Shown: in pieces, positions 56,998-64,000 of the stretch | How positions within the stretch are numbered: position 1 is the first letter of the stretch | Layout of the letters: each line of letters opens with the position of its first letter | Origin: a virus | Length of the DNA stretch: 64,000 bases | IMG/VR virus record: IMGVR_UViG_3300045303_000152 | Location: 1-64,000 of that record | Strand: one strand, 5' to 3' | The notes under the pieces: model-generated | What the model saw: only the letters and a program-made list of their open reading frames with translations | The model's database searches: none | What the model was told of the DNA's origin: nothing | Program-made: the position numbers and the translations under genes

Positions 56998-58905
56998 ATG
57001 GCCGCTACTCGCAAGGTTAAAGAGCCAACAACTGCCAGACGTAAGGCAGCCGCCAAGAAAAATGAAAAGGTGGTGAAGGAGTATATAAGAAAAAAGCTGC
57101 CGAAGCCTTCGGCGAAGAAGTTCACGCCGAAGGCAATGATCGTCACGAGCAAAACGATCAAAAACACACCGGGCATGCCGCTCACGGCCAAGGCGTATTT
57201 GAAGAAGCCTACCAAGCCCACCGCAAAGGCAAAGAAGCCAGCCAAGGCTAAGGAGACTGTTAAGCGTTGGATACCAGCGCTCAGTGAACCCCAAGCCGAG
57301 CGAATGGCTAAGAAGCTAACCGAACAAATGGCTGCGGAGCTAACAGTTGAGTGGAAACCCAAGTACGAGCTTATTCTGCCCAAGGGCAACGTACCGGCCT
57401 CGCCGCAACAGTCTATATTATTTGATTGGATCATCGTGGGTTCCGGCAACGCGTTCGTGGAAGCTGTCGCCGGCAGCGGTAAGACGACATCGCTGACGCA
57501 AGGCTGCCGGTTCATGAGTGGCAGCGTGATGTTGACTTGCTTCAATAAGAAGATAGCGGTCGACATCAGCACCAAGCTGGAACAGTTGAAGCTGGCCAAC
57601 GTGAGTTCCAGCACGTTCCACTCGGTTGGTTGGAAAGCATGCATCAGAGCTTACAAAGGCGTCAAGCTCGACGCCCGTGGTAAGCGCGATGCCATGTTCG
57701 AGTATTTGCGGGTAGAGGCTACCTTGATGGAGTTTCCCGTCAAGCTGCGCAGCATCGTCGGCAACCTCGTATCACTGGCAAAGCAGAAGGGCGTGTTCAA
57801 GTTTCACGAGCCTGATGATCGGGAGTTTTGGCATGACATCATCGAGCATCACAACCTCGATGATGAGATCGAAGACCCCGCAATGGTCGAGCAGGCAATC
57901 GAGTTCGCCATCAGCGGCATCAAATGGTCGAAGGAGATTGCACCAAAGCTGATGGACTTCGACGATCAGATTTGGATGCCCATCATCACCAACATGCAGG
58001 TGCCTAAGTTCGACTGGGTGCTGGTAGATGAAGCGCAGGATACGAATGCAGCACGCCGGGCATTGGCACACAAGATGATGCACGAGCGCAGCCGCATTGT
58101 ATTCGTCGGTGATCGCAACCAAGCCATCTACGGCTTTTGCGGTGCCGACAGCGATGCCATCGACATTTTGATGAAGGACTTCAACTGTATCGCCCTGCCG
58201 TTGAATGTCACCTATCGCTGCCCGCAAGCCGTGGTGCGTGAGGCTCAGAAATACGTGAGCCACATCGTAGCGTGGGATCAGGCAGCCATCGGCTCAGTGG
58301 CCAGCGTCAACGCCACCGAGTTTTGGGATAACGAAGTGGCGAAGCTTTATCCCGAATGCGCCATACTGTGCCGCAACACCAAGCCGCTCGTTGCATTGGC
58401 GTTTCAGTTGATCCGTCGCAACGTGGCTTGCCATGTCGAGGGTCGCGACATTGGCCAAGGTTTGCTCAAGCTGACCCAACGATGGAAAGTCACTGAGATA
58501 GGTGAGCTGCACGACAAGCTCGAAGAGTATCTCGAGCGTGAGCGGGCCAAGCTCGACCTTGCTCGTAAGGAGGCTCAGTCGGCCGCCCTGCAAGATAGGG
58601 TCGAAACCCTGTACATTTTGATGGAGGGCTGCACGACCGTATCGCAGCTTGCCGCCAAGATAGACAACCTGTTCAAGGATACCGAGGGTAGCCAAAAGCG
58701 AACCGTCACCCTGAGCACCGTACACAAAGCCAAGGGTCGAGAGTGGGACTACGTGTACATTCTCGGCTTCGACAAGTACATGCCGAGCAAGTGGGCCAAG
58801 CAATCGTGGGAGAAGGAGCAAGAGACTAATATCATTTACGTCGCGATCACCCGAGCCATCAAACAACTCACGTTCACCGAGCACTTGGAGGATAAGAAAG
58901 CATGA
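56998..58905 (+). CDS. UvrD/Rep-family SF1 helicase with a Lys-rich N-terminal extension
   Basis: AVAGSGKT, TFHS, LVDEAQD, VGDRNQAIYGF, TYRCP, STVHKAKGREW, YVAITRA. Confidence 0.93.
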   Translation: MAATRKVKEPTTARRKAAAKKNEKVVKEYIRKKLPKPSAKKFTPKAMIVTSKTIKNTPGMPLTAKAYLKKPTKPTAKAKKPAKAKETVKRWIPALSEPQAERMAKKLTEQMAAELTVEWKPKYELILPKGNVPASPQQSILFDWIIVGSGNAFVEAVAGSGKTTSLTQGCRFMSGSVMLTCFNKKIAVDISTKLEQLKLANVSSSTFHSVGWKACIRAYKGVKLDARGKRDAMFEYLRVEATLMEFPVKLRSIVGNLVSLAKQKGVFKFHEPDDREFWHDIIEHHNLDDEIEDPAMVEQAIEFAISGIKWSKEIAPKLMDFDDQIWMPIITNMQVPKFDWVLVDEAQDTNAARRALAHKMMHERSRIVFVGDRNQAIYGFCGADSDAIDILMKDFNCIALPLNVTYRCPQAVVREAQKYVSHIVAWDQAAIGSVASVNATEFWDNEVAKLYPECAILCRNTKPLVALAFQLIRRNVACHVEGRDIGQGLLKLTQRWKVTEIGELHDKLEEYLERERAKLDLARKEAQSAALQDRVETLYILMEGCTTVSQLAAKIDNLFKDTEGSQKRTVTLSTVHKAKGREWDYVYILGFDKYMPSKWAKQSWEKEQETNIIYVAITRAIKQLTFTEHLEDKKA

Positions 58906-61234
58906 GACGGCTTTTGAAATGGTGGCGTAGGGAGAATTTGCGTGCAGCGGTCTACGGCGAGCAAATGCGATTTTTCTACCTCACACACCCCGACGACGTA
59001 TCGGCTGAAGAGCTAGCAAAACATCGTGCGGATTGGGCTCGCCGTTTGCAACTTGCTGATGCTGAGTACAGGCTGGAGGAGAAGAAGTCATGAACTACTA
59101 CTGGGTTTGGTTTCGTACCTCTAAGTACGAGTCACTGGAAATAGCCAAGTTCGATAGTCAGGAGGGTGTGACGACCTTTCTAAACGCTTACGCCGGCAAT
59201 AGTGAACTCGAGTTTACCGTCGTGTTTGGATCAGAGATCAAGTTCAGAGCTGTCACTGTCATCACCAAGTACGAGCGGGATGATACCGGCGAAAACCAAG
59301 GGGAGAAGAAAGCGTGACGGACCAGTACTGTAGCAAGTGTAGAAGTAGAATGGACATGATTATCACTGACTGCTCACAAATAGGTAGGTGGGTGGGCAGT
59401 GATGGGCTAACCGCAAATCGCCAGTTTAGAAAGGACACTGGTGAAGAGATTATGGTGCGTATGTGGGTGTGCCCCAACTTCAATAAGAGAACCAACAACA
59501 ATTGGTTTCAAGTAAACGTGCTAGGGCATGCCAAGTACGAGCAGCATGACAAGCAAGCAGAGTTTGTAAACCATGACAACCCGCACGCTGTAATCCTATA
59601 GCGCGCAACCCCAACCAAGGAGAACTACCCAATGTTACAAGATAAGCTCATACCCCTACTGCTGGGCGCTGCTGTTTGCACCCTGGCCGGCGCGCTGGTA
59701 TTTGGCGTTTCCACCATACCACGTGACCCGCCGCTGGCGCCGATCAAGCCAATGAGCTTGAACACGGCAATCCAGCATTGCAACGATGCCGCCTACCAGA
59801 AGGCGCCCAACGTCAAGCAGTGGGACATCACCGAATGCCTGTACCATGCGCTGGATGGCAAGTACCCGATCAAGTCTTCCATTTCGAAGAAGCTGCCACA
59901 GTAGGTATGTTATAGGCGAGGCTGCATCAACCCCGAGGGCTCAAATGCGACGCAAACAACTAACCTCACAAAGGCGCAGAATCGCACCGCCGGCGCCTGA
60001 TCGCCCGCCAGTAAAGGAGATGCTGGTCGGGCCAAAGAAAGCTTTCAAGCCATCGCTGCTCGCGCAGTTTCAGCGGTTGCTTGAAAAGACCCCCGGCAAC
60101 TACTGGATAATCGTGTACAGTGGCAAAGGGTATACTGACCTGGATTTGAATACTACCAAAGAATCCACCGTCAGCACCATACGCCACTTCAAGCACTGTT
60201 ACCCAGATGCCAAAGTGATCTACTTGAAAATACCCGACGAAGAGCCTAAAGCTAGCCCCAAACCAGCCAAGCGCAGCTTTGATAAAAAGAAGTACGCGAA
60301 AGCTGCCAGAGCCCGTCAATACTAAACCCAGTGGAGGCGTACCGTGCTTCGCTTAATAGTCAAAGTGTGCCCGAAAGAAAATGGCCGTTTCAACGGTGAT
60401 GACGAAAGCATCAACCTGAAATGCTACAAAGTTTTCGAGGTGGAGCACGAGGACTTGGAGGACTACATCACTGAGCAGCGTGATAATGGCCAGCCAATCA
60501 AGCTGGTGGCAATAGAAGTGTTCGAGCAAGCGCCACTGCCATTGGCAACGCCAGTGTTTCCAGAGTACAAGCCGAGCGATGCAAGCCCCGCCGCGCAAGG
60601 CTCATTGATGGCAGCACTCGCAGCGAAGCACAAGCCGGCTAATGACTTCTGGGGCAGCCTGTTCAAGCGTAAACGCTACGTGCCGCCGCTCAACTTGCCT
60701 AAGTAGAATTGGCGTTCAATTTTGAACTTGTGGGGTAGAAACAGCTAGGGCGGTCGAGGGTGATGGGATTCCCTGACCGCCCTAACTCGTTGCACCCGCG
60801 CCGTCAACCCCTTGCGCGTCACAGGAGCATCATAACACTAGCGTAAACATACCTAATCGTCAACCTAAACTGAGGGAGAACTAGCTATGAGCCTTAATTG
60901 GGAGAACGACAAATGCCGCAAGTGCAAGCTAGCGCGCACACCTGAAGGGCACGACCCATGCCTAGGTGAACTGCCGGGGGTTTTGTTCGCATGTTGCGGG
61001 CATGGCAACGGTGCGGGGTACATCTACTTCCAAAGCGGGGTGCTTATCAACTTCGGCTTTTGCTCGATTGAGCAAGTACCGCCAGAAAAGCTGGCTCAAA
61101 GCCGAGCATTGAAGCAATCAGAGTTATTCGAGGCTTACAAGCTCAGGCGATTGAACAATACCAGCATTGTTAAGCGAGATTCTGATGCATTAGTAAAGGC
61201 TAGAACATTCAGGTGGAGTAAGCAGTCGGGCTAG
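58902..61234 (+). CDS. run of small hypothetical genes (58902-59093, 59090-59317, 59314-59601, 59632-59904, ~59945-60325, 60344-60706, 60887-61234)
   Basis: packed with SD motifs; 59314 and 60887 are Cys-rich (zinc-binding-like). Confidence 0.6.
60714..60729. promoter_or_regulatory. operator-like palindrome GTTCAATTTTGAACTT
   Basis: third intergenic copy. Confidence 0.65.
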
Positions 61235-61343
61235 AGGGTTAGGCTGGCAGGCATAGGCTGGGCAACCCCGTTGCCGCCCCTACGAGCCTCGGCACTGGTG
61301 CTAGGGCTGGTACTGGGCATGCAACTAGAGTGCTAACCAGCAT

Positions 61344-61388
61344 TGTTGAACCAGAAGAGAGTGAATAGTAGATTGGCGGGGTTCAACA
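61344..61388 (+). promoter_or_regulatory. sigma70-like promoter bracketed by a 9-bp inverted repeat
   Basis: TTGAAC-N17-TAGATT; TGTTGAACC 61344-52 / GGTTCAACA 61380-88. Confidence 0.55.
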
Positions 61389-61790
61389 CGTTACTGGCTT
61401 GAAGCAGTTTCAGCGACGACCTACAGGCGCTTTTGTTTTGCCAGAGCCTCAACTGGCCGCCCCTACGATCCGCAGGGTTTGGTTTGCATCAGTGGAGCCC
61501 CCACTGATCGAGCTACGCGCTTCCATGAGCGTGTTGCCGTATGCTCGCTGTTCGGTAGCAACCGGCCTTCAAACCGCATTGCTATATCCGGGGTTATGAG
61601 ATTTGTCGCAGTAGGTGCTCGGCAGCACCGTCGCCTTTCATTGGTGGGCGGTGAAGGGTCAAGTTCCGCTGAAGCATCATCAGGCCGTAATCGCTAGGCA
61701 GTAGGCGGCGGAGGTCACGCTTCAACACCACTCCGCTCTTTAACAAGCTCGATCAGCTATTAGCTGGGCTCGCCTAGTGTGTAAGTACAA
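61381..61790 (+). ncRNA. candidate large structured ncRNA of unknown family
   Basis: three nested long-range helices enclosing several hairpins, in a 640-nt gap with no credible ORF. Confidence 0.5.
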
Positions 61791-61877
61791 CCATACTGCG
61801 ATTCTTAAATCAAGTTGGTAATCGTATGTTGAAAGTGAGCAAGCAATCGGGCTTCGCTCAAACTCGAAGGTAACATC

Positions 61878-62828
61878 ATGTCACGTATGGAATCCAAAGC
61901 TTTGGAGCGGGCTATTGAAGCGTTCCGCAAGTTTACTGAAACACAAACAACATTGATGGCATTGACCATCGGCCCTGAAGAGCTCATGAAGTTTTTGCAA
62001 TGCAGGGGGAGTTGCATCATAACAGTAACACCCTCGCTCGCTCGCTGGATACTTGATAACATGGGCGGGCGCAATCGCGATATCGTCAAGGCTACGGTAG
62101 ATCGGTACGCCGAAGCCATGAAGAAGCCCAATGGCTGGCGCGTCACTGGTCAAGGGCTAATCTTCAACCGGGCTGGTAAGCTTGACGATGGGCAACACCG
62201 TCTCAGCGCTTGCATACAAGCCGAGGTACCATTCCAAACCTTCGTGGTGTTCGGCATGGAAGAAGACATTTTCAAGTACCTCGATGACAACAAGCCGCGC
62301 CGTGGCTCGGACATTTTCAAAATCAACGGCGTGCCTCTCTATGAGCCTACGGCAAATGCCATGCGTTGGCTTATGGTGCTTCGCAGTGAGGGTAACAACA
62401 AGAAGCGCGTCAGCAACGATGACAAGCTTGATTTCTATATCGAGCATGTTCGCGAGGTTGACAAGGTAGAGTTCATGCGCGAGTGCGCCGAAACCGCCTT
62501 GCAATTGGTGGGTGTTGGTGGGTTTCCAAAGGGGATCTTGGCAGCGCTGCTGTTCGAGGCCGGCGAAAAGCACGGTGAGCCAAAAGCACAAAAGGTCATG
62601 CAGGACCTGAAGCTCAACAAAGGCGAAGCGCGGATCTTCCGCGAAAACTACGGCAAAATGATGACTGGCTTCAGAGACGACAAGTCGTCATTGACTGACA
62701 CTGCCAAGTTGCGAGCCATTGCCGAGGGCGTTACGGCTTGCATCGAGGAACGCCGCGTTTCGGTTAGCGCGCTCATGCGTGCAACTAACGTGAACAAGCC
62801 GGAGGAAACTGAGCCCAGCAACAAGTAA
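61878..62828 (+). CDS. ParB-like (DGQHR-type) protein
   Basis: VTPSLA..IL...RNR....V..YA..M....W...GQGL.F...G.L.DGQHRL.A. Confidence 0.8.
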   Translation: MSRMESKALERAIEAFRKFTETQTTLMALTIGPEELMKFLQCRGSCIITVTPSLARWILDNMGGRNRDIVKATVDRYAEAMKKPNGWRVTGQGLIFNRAGKLDDGQHRLSACIQAEVPFQTFVVFGMEEDIFKYLDDNKPRRGSDIFKINGVPLYEPTANAMRWLMVLRSEGNNKKRVSNDDKLDFYIEHVREVDKVEFMRECAETALQLVGVGGFPKGILAALLFEAGEKHGEPKAQKVMQDLKLNKGEARIFRENYGKMMTGFRDDKSSLTDTAKLRAIAEGVTACIEERRVSVSALMRATNVNKPEETEPSNK

Positions 62829-62846
62829 CATTTGGAAAATGGATGG

Positions 62847-62879
62847 GGTAGGCTCAGTATGTATAGTACGAGCCTACCC
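62847..62879 (+). other. intergenic stem-loop between the two ParB-like genes
   Basis: GGTAGGCTC/GAGCCTACC stem. Confidence 0.55.
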
Positions 62880-62900
62880 TAACCTTTTGGAGCTTACAAC

Positions 62901-63650
62901 ATGGCCGACTTCAAGGTACAAAATCTACGGGTTGCGAGTATAGGCTTTCCAGTCATTCGCCTTCGCAAGATCAACGATCAAAATGTTGCCGCTTTAGCTT
63001 CTTCCATGAAGCGAATTGGACTTCAACAGCCAATCATCGTTTACCATGCCACGCGCGGGGCGATGGGGTTTGAGTTGGTCGCTGGTAAGCATCGGTTGCT
63101 GGCAGCAAAGAAATTAAAGTGGAAAACCATACCGGGGCGCGTGCTGCCTCACGATCAAGTTAGGCAGGCTACTTTGATTGAGATAGATGAAAACCTTTGC
63201 CGAGCTGAGTTAACACCAGCCGAACGTGTGGCGCACCTTGCCGAGCGTAAGCGCTTATATGAAGAAGATCACCCTGAAACCAAACATGGCAAGGCCTCCA
63301 AAAGTAAAGGCGCAAAGTTTGCGCCTTTATTTAAGGATAAAGCTTTTCATAAAGATACAGCAGATAAAATTGGTAGGTCAGCGCGAGCAGTTCAACTTGA
63401 CGCAGAACGTGGCGCAAAGATAGCGCCAAAAGTGCTTCAACGTATTCAAGGCACAGCTCTTGATAAAGGGGTACATCTCGATACATTGAAAAACTTGAGT
63501 ACTAAGGAACAGCATAAGTACGTGGACGATATGTTTCGTAAACCAAAAGAGCCTAGGTTAAAACCAACAGTCCGGTTGATAACATGCCCACGTTGTAAGA
63601 ATTGCCCTGATTGTCACGGCACTCGAAAGATCGAAGTTGAAATCGACTAA
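62901..63650 (+). CDS. ParB/Srx N-terminal domain protein with HTH and C-terminal Cys cluster
   Basis: LASSM..IGLQQPIIV, LVAGKHRLLA, EIDENL.R.ELT.AER. Confidence 0.85.
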   Translation: MADFKVQNLRVASIGFPVIRLRKINDQNVAALASSMKRIGLQQPIIVYHATRGAMGFELVAGKHRLLAAKKLKWKTIPGRVLPHDQVRQATLIEIDENLCRAELTPAERVAHLAERKRLYEEDHPETKHGKASKSKGAKFAPLFKDKAFHKDTADKIGRSARAVQLDAERGAKIAPKVLQRIQGTALDKGVHLDTLKNLSTKEQHKYVDDMFRKPKEPRLKPTVRLITCPRCKNCPDCHGTRKIEVEID

Positions 63651-63655
63651 CATCA

Positions 63656-63889
63656 ATGGAGCACGAGAAAATGCGTAAGAATGCCAAAGTAGCTCGCTCA
63701 GACCGCGAGCTTACAAAACTAACTGATCTGGAGAGACTTGCGTGGCGCTTGGTCCGTCACGACGCGCACGCTGCCTTCAGAGAAGGTAGACCTGGATGTA
63801 TTGAACTGAAGCATCTTTACGCTTGGTTAGTAGAGCAGCGAAGCATTAAGCTCGGCCATCCATTACACAAGCTGTTATATCAGGAGTAA
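63656..63889 (+). CDS. hypothetical protein
   Basis: co-oriented ORF. Confidence 0.55.
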   Translation: MEHEKMRKNAKVARSDRELTKLTDLERLAWRLVRHDAHAAFREGRPGCIELKHLYAWLVEQRSIKLGHPLHKLLYQE

Positions 63890-63935
63890 GCTTGAGTATA
63901 GCGTAGCCAACGAAACCTCAATGGAGCAGACTACC

Positions 63936-64000
63936 ATGACCAACCGTGATTATGAAGAAACAGAAGCTAACAGGCGTAACCGCGATCATATGGAGCTCTG
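63936..64000 (+). CDS. start of a gene truncated by the window edge
   Basis: GGAG SD, ATG 63936, open to the end. Confidence 0.5.
   Translation, partial: MTNRDYEETEANRRNRDHMEL

Noticed and set aside
61235-61877. tRNA or tmRNA in the large intergenic gap; ORFs 61399-61599 and 61479-61697
   Set aside because: No TTCRA T-loop with an acceptor stem and no tag reading frame; the ORFs have TTG starts and no SD

Overview
This window is about 64 kb of a tailed dsDNA phage genome (siphovirus-type morphogenesis module). A perfect CtrA box and the gene content suggest an alphaproteobacterial host. No DNA polymerase, primase, integrase, tRNA or CRISPR array was recognised, so the genome probably extends beyond the window. 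Layout: (1) 1-12.6 kb, + strand: GT8-like glycosyltransferase, class II ribonucleotide reductase, a displaced MuF-like head protein, a two-catalytic-domain lysin, dCTP deaminase, GIY-YIG endonuclease, three tandem KpsC/KpsS-like GT-B paralogues and an FkbM methyltransferase. (2) 12.6-41 kb, - strand: terminase, portal, adaptor, a second FkbM, a ChaB/Acb1-like/prohead-protease fusion, scaffold, capsid, tail genes with a -1 frameshift, tape measure, tail hub and tailspike. (3) 41-44.8 kb: small accessory genes. (4) 44.8-49.4 kb: a largely non-coding island with a CtrA-box promoter and six covarying multi-hairpin elements interleaved with short ORFs. (5) 49.4-64 kb, + strand: many small genes, ArdC, UvrD helicase, a candidate 300-400 nt structured ncRNA and two ParB-like genes. 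Best candidates for new biology: the repeated hairpin/ORF cassette array (46.0-48.5 kb), the Acb1-like phosphodiesterase fused to an apparently split prohead protease, the candidate large ncRNA (61.4-61.8 kb) and the glycosylation/methylation gene set. All family assignments are from motif recognition by eye; no database searches or folding programs were run.
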